A stretch of DNA of 63,321 nt, counting the filler, from Rhabdomonas costata (Eukaryota), in NCBI GenBank assembly GCA_019059605.1. It is 23 parts of 23 records of this genome, joined end to end, with 100 filler letters (N's around TTAATTAATTAA, not from the genome) between each part and the next. Parts side by side here need not be neighbours in the genome. Positions count along the whole stretch, not along the records: positions 1 to 2,657 come from JAHMHO010002460.1; positions 2,758 to 5,418 come from JAHMHO010002461.1; positions 5,519 to 8,204 come from JAHMHO010002462.1; positions 8,305 to 10,963 come from JAHMHO010002463.1; positions 11,064 to 13,720 come from JAHMHO010002464.1; 18 more parts are not named here. The stretch is one strand, 5' to 3'. The notes under the pieces were generated by a model that was not told where the DNA came from, did no database searches, and was given only the letters and a program-made list of their open reading frames with translations. Shown here in pieces: positions 1 to 11,067 of this stretch. The position numbers and the translations under genes were made by a program. Each line of letters begins with the position of its first letter. Position 1 is the first letter of the stretch.

Positions 1-165
1 GTACTGCTTGACCTTCTCCTCCGCGCGAGCTTCAGCCGCCGCCCCAGCCGTCACCGCCGCTTGCGCTGGGCGCGAAGGGTGCAGCGGGTGGACGACTGAG
101 ACGTCGACGGCCGTTGGCACGTCACAGGAGGGGAGAAAGAGGTCGGTGGGAACCAGGTTCGTGCC
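1..165 (-). mobile_element. Restriction-like endonuclease fragment of a CRE/SLACS-like non-LTR retrotransposon (5' truncated, runs off the window)
   Basis: The minus strand reads GTNLVPTDLFLPSCDVPTAVDVSVVHPLHPSRPAQAAVTAGAAAEARAEEKVKQY. This matches the RLE pattern (R)PAD..VDV(T/S)V..P..AA..E..K..KY. Confidence 0.75.
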
Positions 166-665
166 GCAGCATTGCAGCATTTTGCAATTTTTTTGATTTT
201 TCTTTTCTTTTGCAAAAATTTACCAAAGAGCCGCCAAGGGGCACGACAACCGAGGGTGAAAGGTCAGAAAATTCCGACCACATGGGCCGGCCACGCAGCT
301 TTCGGGAGGCTTGCTGTAGACCCCAGGCCTGCTTCGGCTTAGAACAGAAGATGGAGGTTAAAAGACTCAAAAAAATAGTTTCTCATATTTTGGGTCGAAT
401 CCCCATGGGTAGTTTTTGTGATTCGAAACAGGGGCACCACAGAACCACCCTCGAGTCTCATAGTCACGCTGCGTCCTGCATGACGGGCTCACAGAAGTTG
501 GAAACTTGTCGAGGAGCACGACTTGAGTTCGGAGGCAGTGTTCATTCCGCGAATTCTCGTCACCTGACAAGTTTTCAGTGATTCACCAGCGGTTCATCCT
601 TTTTCTGTTCCAAAACTCTCTCTCTCGCTTTCACAGTTTATGTTCCTTCCTGTTTCTTCTCATGA

Positions 666-2317
666 ATGCCTCAAACCCTGCGTACACATTTCAGTCGTCA
701 GAGAGGGTTTTCGGTTCAGATACCGTCGCAACGGAAGTTTCTTGTGCTTTTGGCATTTCTGGTTTTGGTCTGTGCACTGTTTTTCGCATTTGTGGTGATG
801 GGCGCAGATTTGCATTGCAAGTTTCATGGGACATGTGCTCTTTCCGAAGGCGAAGACCTGCCCAGCATTGAGGTTTTGTTTGCAGTGTGTTTGCAGATAT
901 TTTGGAGTGAAGAGATGAAGAGTTGTGAACAAATCAAAACATGTTTGAAATCTAGCAGCACCCAGCGGCATCATGGGCTCTATTATTGCCGTGTTTTTGT
1001 AATGGAAGGAAAAATACAAACACTTGTCGCCAGGAGGTCAAAAATTCATCGCATTCAAAAAGGCGAGTTGTGTTTCCTTTGTTTTTTATCTCGGACAAAC
1101 TGTTGCTGCTTTTAATTCTCCGGTGAATTCCGCTTAGGCGTGAAGTGTAACTCTCACTTCCTTTTTTGCTCGTAGTTCACTTTTTGGTCCCTCCCTTATC
1201 CCTCCCTTGTTTTGTTTTGCGAACTGCGGAGTTAAGCTATGTAATCTTCATTTTCAAGTGACAAGTAAGGGCGCTGCGCTCCGGGCGCTAAGTGTCCCGT
1301 AACGAAACGAGAGGCAACGGCTTATCGCCCTAAGGTTTATACCCACTGGGGAGGGGAGAGGTTCATTTCCGTACTGATACCATTTGAAGCTGCCTTCTGC
1401 CCCAAGGTGCACTTGACGGGAATCGAACATTAACTACATTCCACAGCGTTTGCAACAGAGTTGCACATATGCAAAAGCCTCAACACAAACGAGGTATGTG
1501 TTTGCCGGAATGGTTCCTTATGTGCGTGTGCACCACACACACACAAACACACCACAAAGGCGACTCCTTCCCTGGAGCCAGATGAGTCTTTGCTGGCGCC
1601 TCCCCGCGGGCTCTCCCTGCGTGTGTATCTAGCAATGGTTCGGACCCGTGCCCAACCGTTGGTAGTATCGCTGACGAATCAGGGCTACGCCGACATGGCC
1701 TCAAACTTTCTGTGCTCGTTGAAAAGGCTGAATGTCACGAACACACTGACTCTTGCCACAGACTTGCCTTCCTACTCTTACTTGGCTCGGCGGGGTTACG
1801 AGGTCTTTTTTCTCAACGGAACGGAGAGCTCGAGTAAAGGGGCGACATGGGGATCTCCGGCATTCAACAAGTTTGTCAAACAGAAGGTCAACTTACTCTC
1901 AATTTAGAGTGAGTGAGTTTTCTTCACTGTAGTGAGAAGTTCATTATTTTTCGTTGAATGCACACATGTTAACGCTACTGGGGCACCTTTTTCCTTTCTT
2001 TCAACAGGTACTAGCTGTTGCCACTGTCGTGGGACTGGGCTATGATGTCTTCTTCTGTGACTTGGACATGGTGTGGATGCGCTCCGTCTACGAGATTCTC
2101 CCCCAAGCTGCCAGAAGAGATGAGCTTCCGATTATTGACGGACATTCTGTGGGCTCCTTGGTGGGCCCTCCAAACCCCGCAGGGGAGGGCTGGGACTACG
2201 CCATCTTTTACTACAAGGCGCACTCGAACACTGGATTTTATTACATGCGCAGCAACAATCGCACGATTAAGCTGATGCGGAACTGGGTGGATTGCGGAAA
2301 CCGGGTTTCCGTGGATG
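666..2317 (+). CDS. Nucleotide-diphospho-sugar transferase (GT77/PF03407-like), type II membrane protein, multi-exon, 3' partial
   Basis: N-terminal TM anchor FLVLLAFLVLVCALFFAFVVM (exon about 666-872, link to later exons uncertain). Exons 1447-1493, 1560-1886 and 2008-2317 give NQGYADMASNFLCSL...FNKFVKQK|VLAV...GYDVFFCDLDMVWMR (DxD) ...NTGFYYMRSNNRT. GT-AG intron 1887-2007. Confidence 0.85.
1240..1428 (-). mobile_element. Possible tRNA-derived SINE remnant inside an intron
   Basis: The minus strand begins GTTCGATTCCCGTCAAGTGCACC (B-box/T-arm plus tRNA-like 3' end), then CCTTGGGGCAG and CCCAGTGGGTATAAA, which resemble SINE body motifs. No intact 5' half of a tRNA. Confidence 0.45.
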
Positions 2318-2657
2318 GTTTGTGTCTGCGCGCTTTTTTTTTTTGATGAAGCCTTGGGGAATAAGCATGCCATAGAATTGAATGATTAAGTAGCTCGGAG
2401 GTGAAATACGGGGAGCTAGTTGGATTCGGAAGAGGGTGGCGGATAAGGGGTGTCCAATGATGGGAAGGAGATTCATCTCCCAAGGGAAGAGTAGATATCT
2501 GGGAGGAGGTCCTGGACTTGTCGAGCTGGGTCTCCAAAGCCGTTATGCCGGACCTAAGGAGGTTTGTGTGCATTCTAGCACAACCAGCCGATCCAAGAAA
2601 CCCTTAAACCTGGCTAATTTCTTTGTGCAGTAGTCCTCGAAGTGTGATGGGGGGCCC

Positions 2658-2757
2658 NNNNNNNNNNNNNNNNNNNNNNNNNNNNNNNNNNNNNNNNNNN
2701 NTTAATTAATTAANNNNNNNNNNNNNNNNNNNNNNNNNNNNNNNNNNNNNNNNNNNN
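2658..2757. other. Artificial contig spacer (first of 22)
   Basis: 44 N + TTAATTAATTAA (stops in all frames) + 44 N. The same spacer starts at 5419, 8205, 10964, 13721, 16473, 19238, 21994, 24752, 27508, 30264, 33038, 35792, 38542, 41299, 44054, 46808, 49555, 52309, 55063, 57816 and 60569. No linkage can be inferred across spacers. Confidence 0.99.
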
Positions 2758-5610
2758 GGGTTGTGGTCTCCTCTCAGTGGCTGTGGTGCAGTGGCTCAGG
2801 GGGTGGCCGCTGCTGCGCGGTATTGGGAAGGGTCCTGGGCAGTCCGCTCCGGGTGTCAGCGGAACGCTGAACACTACCAGCAGCCTTGCGCTGACGCCCG
2901 TACGGGTTCGTAGAACTTCCCCTCCTGGTTGTTATTCATGCTGCCGCCTCGCGCCAGCCCATTACCCGTTGTTTTTTCCTTCAGCACACTCTGCGTCGGA
3001 GGGATTCGAGTCCCTCAGCTTGCGGGCTCCCCTTCTTTCCTTCTTCCTTCTCATTCGCTGTAAGTTTGTTCTCTCTGTGTGGATCCCCACTGTCGAGACA
3101 AAATTTGAAGAAAGGGAAGCCCCACACAAGGCAAACCCAGGAATATTGTGCCTCTAAACCTTTGGAGCATCTGCTGTTTCCCATTTGCCGTCAAGAAACT
3201 CTCTGGGGTCAATGTGGCTGAAGCTGTAGCCTGTAGCCCTGAAGAAAAAGTGCAAAAAGATGGAATCAAGCTTCAGTGGCCAGTGCCTACTACTACGGTC
3301 TATCGTTCAGCTGAATGCAGGCAGAACCTTGAGCCTGGTTTCAACTGCTCCGCGGTTCTGATGAACTGCTCGCACCAACGCACTGGTCTGGGTGGCTGCT
3401 CTCGATTGAAGTGGTTATGTTGCTTGCAAAGCGAAAGGAGCGAAGGAGTTAAATGAGAACAAAAGCAACACCGTTTTACGTCGTCATTTAGCGATGGTAC
3501 CGATGGCAGATTTTCCAGCGACTCCTCTTTATTTGTCACTCAAAATACATGCATCTATATTTTTTTCAATATTTCTTTCTATATTTTTTCCACTCCGACT
3601 TCGTTCAAGTGGTTGCAGCGATGCGAGGTCCGCTTTGTAACGCGGCGGTTGCACGTACATCTCAACAACACAGCCGTTTTTCCACGCTCCCAGCCCTCTG
3701 ATCCTCTTCTACGACTCTTTGCATTTGAAGTAAAAATTAGCGGAGGGGTCGAAAATGCAAAAAGTGCAAATTCTGGGAGTTGTGCTAATTCCTCAGCCCT
3801 GCGGAGTCCTTATGGGGGGATAGCCTGAGGGGAAGGATTGCCGGAGAAACACTTTCACGGCTGTGTAGCCGTTTTACCACTGGGTTTGCTTCATTCTCGC
3901 GAATCATTCGCCTTCAAATCACCCCCGTTGGATGATTAAGTTTCTCTTGCCCTTGCAATTCGGTTTAGTGGTTTAGACCAAACGGACCCGCAGTGATAAT
4001 TTTGGCAAGAATGCGCTCTTTTTGTCTTTTTGTAATTGGCAGCTGGGAAAAGTTCAACCTTCAATATTTGCATTTTCGACCAATCCGAAAAGTTTGGCTT
4101 GAAATGCACCTTTTTTTTTGCATGTTTGTATACTTTTTTTTTTGCAATTTTTTGCAACGCATTTTAGACATTGGCATATATTTGCACTTTTTCACTATCA
4201 CAGGGTAATCCAAGGCATGCCCGCAAAAAAACAGAAAATCAATGCAGACCGGCCAGGGGTGACGACCGGCGGTAGCGGGTCCCTCTCTGCAAAGGCTGTC
4301 TAACTTCCGTAGCAACCGCAACCATTGTACAGCGGAAGCGTGATTTAGATTTTTCAAGCAAAGCCCCAACTAAAAAATCGGTCAATTTTCACCCAAAATT
4401 CGACCCCCTGCCCCCATATGGTCAATGTGGGACCGGAAACTATGATGGTAGTATGTGCCTCCCGGCCCTGCTCTTTTTCGGGCCCAACATTGATCGGCAG
4501 GGGAAGGGGGTAACGACATACAGAATTATTGTCCATTTCGAGGTTTGTCATATGAGGCAAAATTCGAAGAGATTAACTGCGAATCAACTTTTAGTGTTGC
4601 CCATGGCGTCGCTGCGCTCCGTGCTGGCCACGAAACTGAGGGTGAATTTGTACCCCAATATTTTGCTCCTTTTTCAAGCCAAAGTTATCTCACTTACCGC
4701 CTTACCGCAGGGGGCCAAAATTGGAACAAAAGGATTTGCGGAAGTGCAAAAAGCCGTCAAAATATATGGGCCGAAAATGGCTTAAAAACGACCTTAAAAG
4801 GCTCTTAGAGGTGCACTAACGAGGTCTATCTCAGACAAATGTGATGTCAGTCAGAAGTAATCCTGGGTACCCTCCTTGGACACACCAAGGACCTCGGGCT
4901 TTGGTACTTTGGGGTTTCTTTGGCCTGAAACATGTAAAATCGCACACATTTTGTTGTTGTCAACCGAATGTTATGTATGGAGACGGACGGAAACAGATCT
5001 CACCACCGCGGCCTGAAATCTCCGAAAGCACTTGGCGGCAAGGCGTCGAAAGGTTTCCCCACGGAAATCGAACGTACACCCGACGGAGTGGACGAAACAA
5101 ACGAAAAGAAGTGGGTGAGAAGCCGGAAGAGGGTGGGAAGTCCGATCAGAAGAGTGTATTCCGTCCATGTCCTGCGGGGTCTTGGTTGGTGGTTCCTTGG
5201 AAGGATACCCCGAGAGGAGAGTGTGTCAGTTTTTGACCAACCTTCGTTTTTCTGCTTTTGGATGTTCGAATGCAGAATTTAACAGCTTGGTGATTCACGA
5301 ATGGAAGCTCGCGAATCTGTCCTCTATCTCTCTCCAGTAAGACAACAGATTATTCAGCTGCTCAGCTGCTCAACTCACGGTTCAACCCGAAACGACACAC
5401 CCAACACCACCCCCCACCNNNNNNNNNNNNNNNNNNNNNNNNNNNNNNNNNNNNNNNNNNNNTTAATTAATTAANNNNNNNNNNNNNNNNNNNNNNNNNN
5501 NNNNNNNNNNNNNNNNNNATGAAAGCGCCTAGGAATTGGGACTCTCCACTGCGCTCCGCGGCGCAAGAGTCCCAGGGGTCACGCGCATCGCCTTTATTGC
5601 AATCTCAGGG

Positions 5611-5670
5611 TTAGGGTTAGAGTTAGGGTTAGGGTTAGGGTTAGGGTTAGGGTTAGGGTTAGGGTTAGGG
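5611..5670 (+). repeat. Interstitial telomere-type repeat (TTAGGG)x10, one unit TTAGAG
   Basis: Read directly from the sequence. Confidence 0.95.
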
Positions 5671-5926
5671 GTTCTCCTAACTCCCTGTAAATTTCTCTAT
5701 TACAACGCCAGAGGACCCATGCTTCGCCATTTAACTCCTTGCAAAAGCCTCTACTAGACTCCCAGGGGACTCATACATCGACTCCCATGCACCCTCCGGA
5801 AGGATTCCATAAAAGTCACAACCCAACCAGGATGGACCAACCCTACTGAGGGGAAGGGGGGGGGCATAATGCACTAGCGCCAAAAGTTCTAAACCCTGAT
5901 TGAAGGATTCGAATATGTGCAGGGGG

Positions 5927-5954
5927 TTAGGGTTAGGGTTAGGGTTAGGGTTAG
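5927..5954 (+). repeat. Second telomere-type array, (TTAGGG)x4 + TTAG
   Basis: Read directly. Same orientation as the first array, 256 bp downstream. Confidence 0.95.
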
Positions 5955-6317
5955 CATTTCTGGAAAAGAGTATAGTGCAGCACGGCACTGCCGTGAGCCA
6001 GAAATGGACCGTTGGCCTCCGGGGTGGTGGGAAAAGCGGTCAAATTGAGCAAAGTGCAAGCGAGTCGTGGTGACTGAATTGTCCTGTTCGAAGGAGACAT
6101 CGATAAGAAAAGTTGACAAGTTCCTGGGAAAAAGACAACACCCACAGGCTGCGTGAACGTGGTGACACTGGTGGAGATTTGGGCACTTTTGTTTTTGCGC
6201 TCTGCCTGACTTACTTGCGTGTCGTCTCTGACAGCAGTCTCAGTATACGGTGGAGTTTACTATATTAAATTTTAAAACAACGAAGCTTGCGTATTTTTTC
6301 GGTGTGTTTGTGTGCAG

Positions 6318-7716
6318 GGTCAGCCCACGGGGATGACCTATGCGCTGGACCGCCAGCTGTTCAATGCGGAGAAGACCACCACGATGCTCAGCACAGGGCT
6401 GGTGGTGTTCCTGGGCGCGACCTCGGCTGGGGAGGCCTTCTTCCTCAAAGTTAACAACCCCGTGGTACACACTTCTTCGGTGTTGGGTGGGAAGTGGGGT
6501 GGATATTGTGTGCGTCAAGATGAATAGGTGTGCATTCAGCGTTTAGAACTGCCAAACCGAGGGCTCATCCTGTGGGAATGTGTGTCGCACTGGCCTCCCT
6601 GACCCTGAAGTTGTCCTACCCGTCCGCCAAAGCTCAGAAGCAATTAGCATAATTCGAGAACATTTAATAGTGCTGAACGTCCTTTAGTGCTTTTGAGTTG
6701 AGTCAATTGTTTAGCACCCTTCTCCCCCCTTCCCCTCTGAACAAAGTGTGGTTGTAGTGAAGTCCTGGGGTAGGGGCTTGGAAGAGTGTTTGTAATGGAA
6801 ATGCAATTAAGGGGCGCTGCCGCGATGTCCACGTGACCCCCCCCACACACACACACTGCTTTTTTTGTCTTATGTCTTGTTGTGGAACGTGTTCAGACCC
6901 TTCCGGACTTGTTGAAGATGCGGAGCCAGCGGGGGACCTCTGGGATGGACCCGGGCCTGTCAGCGGGTGACTTCGACATTGCGGGGGCCGCGCTGTCCGA
7001 CGAGGAGCTGCGGCGGCTCTTCCACCGCTTCGAGGTGGACGAGAAAGACGACACTGTGGGTGCGTATGCGCTTGCACGCTTGCTTGCTTCGACCCTCGCC
7101 TGTACCTCGGATTGGTTTGTGGTGTGAAACGGGCCTGCCCCAACTGAGAAGAAACCAGTGCTCCATCGAGTGCTCTTGCGACGACAAAAATTACAGACGA
7201 AGCGCAATCAACAGCCAGAAGGCGAACGGAAGGAGCTTTCTGGAAATGTATTCAAAGGAGCAAATTTTTAAGCTAAGTGTATGCAGTCGACTGATCGCTG
7301 GAGATTAGATGATAATAATGATAATATGGTAGATGTGTAAGCACGTGGGTAGGTTTGGTACGCGTGATGGGCCCGAGAAATAACGCTCTGTACCTCGGCT
7401 TCTCCTTCCTCCACACTCTGGTTGGGCCGCTGTTCAATTGCTGCTGTGTCGGACTTTCGACCCTCGCCAGTCATGATGTTGCCGCCAGTCGCCTCAGGTT
7501 TTAAAAAAGAGATTTGACAGAATGTGGCTTACATACCTCTGGGCGCAAACCGAGACCACAAAAACTAACTATCCCTTTGCCCGGGTAGATGCCGCCCAGG
7601 TCGTCGCCACTCTGGTCGCCTCTGCGGCGCACCAGGCCCTGGACCGGGACCACAGCGTGGGCGCCCTTTTGGAGCGCTACCACCTCCCCGCCGAGGGCCG
7701 CATGACCTTCGAGCAG
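6318..7716 (+). CDS. EF-hand-like calcium-binding protein, partial (exons 6318-6449, 6897-7059, 7589-7716)
   Basis: Phase-compatible GT-AG splicing gives ...LSDEELRRLFHRFEVDEKDDTV|DAAQV...ALLERYHLPAEGRMTFEQ, two degenerate EF-hand helix-loop-helix units. Confidence 0.6.
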
Positions 7717-10700
7717 GTTAACCAGCTGCTTCTCCCTTTCTTCCGGCAATCTGAGCGCCTTGGTTTCCCCCATACCCTTTTGGATCCTTCCAGGGCACTG
7801 TGCATGCAACCGCTTCGTGTTGAAGTTCGCACTGTCGCACCACCGACAGCCACCGCTTTGTTGCCGCTTTTTGCTTGTTCCCGCAGTGACTTACTGAATC
7901 CCGAAGAATTGAAGTGGTGACTTTGGTGCCTTAAAGGAAGCTAAAAAAGGAAAAAAGCTAAAGGAAGCTAAAAAAATTCTGCAAGCCCTCCGTGCGAATT
8001 CCCAGCCCGCGCGCGTCTTAGGTGAACGGCAGCTTTTCATTTCCGTCTTTTCGTCGCACAAACACGCAACGCGATCAATCAAGCACCCTCCCCCCTCCAT
8101 ACGTCAGGCAAGATGTTAGACTCAGCTGAGAAGCTGTGGGTGCTTCTCTTTCCGTTAGTGCGTGCTGAAACGTAAGAAGGGTTTTTGACGTTTCACCACA
8201 CCCCNNNNNNNNNNNNNNNNNNNNNNNNNNNNNNNNNNNNNNNNNNNNTTAATTAATTAANNNNNNNNNNNNNNNNNNNNNNNNNNNNNNNNNNNNNNNN
8301 NNNNTGTGTGGGGCGCTCTCTCGACTACTAATTTTCAAATTAACGGAGCAACCACAATGCCCAACGTCGCCGTGGCCAGCAGTTACCAACATCGGGACGA
8401 GCGCCCTTCAGACCGCCGCCACCTGAGTCCTAGCAGAGGACGTGACATAAGAGAGTCCCACTTTCGCGGAAAAAATCTAGATGAGCGGAGCCCGCTCAGA
8501 GACGCGCGCAACTACCCAGAAATAGATTTCAAACAAGCCGCGATCGTGACCGTTATCAGGACAGAGACAGAATGAACTCACATGGAGACCGATTGGAACA
8601 ACGTCCGCCATCCCGAGACAAAGTTTACGAGCGGAGCAGCCAGAGAACACCGTCTCCGGCACTCCAAGACAACGGTACCTCGGACACCGGTAAGATGTGG
8701 AGACGGATGGTGGAGTGTTAGTTTTGAAAATTAAAACTGTGACTGGAGATGAAATGTGTTCCAATGTGATTCTGAGCCACACGCTTTCCATGACGGAGCG
8801 TGTTGTTGAAAAGAGCTGAGGAGAGTGATACAATTATTGTACGTACGTGTATCAGTACTGACGGACTACTGGGTGCAGAAGAGTCGCTGGACTTAATTCG
8901 CACGGAGTAATATTACTGCAAGGAGGCGCATTCACATTCACATTCAATGCTTGTGTTGCGCACTACCAAGGAAAACCGCTCGCGTTGCTGAGTCAAATGA
9001 TTATGCCGAGGCGCCAGGAGTAATTCTATTTGATTTTCAACAGGATCCAGGAGATGTTTGAAGTCTGAAACCTTTGACTCGTGTCATTGCGTCGACAGAA
9101 TGACAGAGCGCGACTGCTTCACCGTGCAATTCGTGTTGCGTCTGCGCCGGTTGTGTTGCGACATCATCTTGTGTGTTTTACACCCCTTACGTCTGATGCG
9201 TCAACTTTAAATATTTCAACATAACTACAGCATTGTGAGTTGCGAAACTGCCACACCTAATGGAACTTCGACAGACGTGCGGTGCTCTGTTCTGGAGCCC
9301 CATTTCAAGAGCAACAAAGAGTCACTGTCAGGTGAGTTGCGGTCAGCGCCCCTGTCAGTAGATCCAAAATTGCTGTCACGTGGGATGCTGTCAGTAGTTG
9401 ACGACAGTAATCAGCGGACGAAAGACCACACGACCGACGTGCGATGCGAAGTTGTGGGATCAAAGCCTGGAAAAAATCCTGAACCACCCTCACGTGCTAT
9501 GCGGTTGGTGCCTCCGCTGGGCAATATAAGCCGTTGCCACGTGTGTTGCGGTAAGCGAAGCAGCGCAAGAATCCGAAGCTTACGGATCGTGTGTTGCGAC
9601 CTCAAGTGAAGCGTAGTAGTACCAAAATGCTAAGTAGTAGTGAGAGCGTGGAGGTGAAAGAGTCACGCGTGCAGAATACCAGAGTGAGGAAGAAAGGTTT
9701 TGAGCAGTTAACGCTGGGAGATGGAACAGGAATGCCAACTCTACCGGATTATTCTTCCCTTTACCAACCCAACTTTTAATTAGCGACCACTACCTGTTTT
9801 TCCCAATAAACTAACGCTGACAGGTTTGCTTCATGAGCGGGTTGTCCACGACGTTTCCAGTTAAGAAGGACCATAACCCCAGAAGAATAGGCTACTACTG
9901 TTCCTGCCGCTTAAATTTTAGAACCACGTAGTGCCCTCCCTGTTGAATCCAGGAATTTCAGATTACTTCATGAGCGAAGCCATTGTCATTGAACTACAAC
10001 TCTCGCGCAAGCGTCTGAAGCAGTTGATGTCAGTCATTGGTTGTCGCACATTTTCCAGAGTGTACGTTTTGTGTTTCGTGATGGAAATTGGAATGACACC
10101 AACAGCAGTCCTTCTCAACCTGGACCACCGCCGCCATACGAAGATTAAAGTGTAGATCTAATGCTCCCCACGCAAGTAGAACAACCAATGTGACAGACCA
10201 TCTTTGAACAGTATCCAAATCCTCCGACTCAGCAGCACATGATCCTGCACCTTCTGCCAGGAAGCCATAGCCTCCAATGCGGGAGCATTTATTTCCAGTG
10301 GGGGAGCATTCCACCACGCCCTTACCAGCGACTACTGAGACTCATACCCCTTTTGCCTACGCACGCGAAGTATCAGGAACCCTTCAGTTAACACCTACGT
10401 GGAATGCCCCAACCAACTCATATGGAAAACATTGCTTTTGGTTGTGCATGATGCTTTGCGTAACATTTCCTTATTTTTTTAGTTCAGATCCTGAGGCAAA
10501 TTCCCTGAGTTAATATCCAATCAGTGTACCAGTTTTCCTTATTCTACACACTCCACCTCCTTATATCTACTATGGTGTTGTGTTAGTGCTCCTTTACTTG
10601 TTCCTTCTTGCTGCTCGCTAACGGTGTTTCCACTCCCCTTCCAACTACTGCCATTTCCAACTCCCTTCCACTCTCCGCTTTCTGTTTACACCACTACTCT

Positions 10701-11067
10701 TACTAATGGCCAAAGGCAAGCAATCTAAGAACTGACAAAGTCCACCAGTCAGCCACAAATCCCACAACTACCCAGTCTGTTACCACCAATCACATTACAG
10801 TAGCGTCCCACCACACTGTATCTACTCCTAATCACCAACCTGTTCAGCTTAACTTGGTGACCACTGCAGTGACAACGGAATCGGTTATTCCCATAGTTCT
10901 ACCGAACAAACTCCAATGTCAATGGACCCCATTCCATTTTATCCCCACAACTCCTACCAATGGNNNNNNNNNNNNNNNNNNNNNNNNNNNNNNNNNNNNN
11001 NNNNNNNTTAATTAATTAANNNNNNNNNNNNNNNNNNNNNNNNNNNNNNNNNNNNNNNNNNNNGTGT

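Noticed and set aside
1406-1428. Functional tRNA gene
   Set aside because: Only the T-arm and 3' end are present. No D-arm, anticodon arm or matching acceptor 5' strand.
5536-5988. ORFs with GLGLGL or NPNPNP repeats
   Set aside because: These are translations of TTAGGG arrays.
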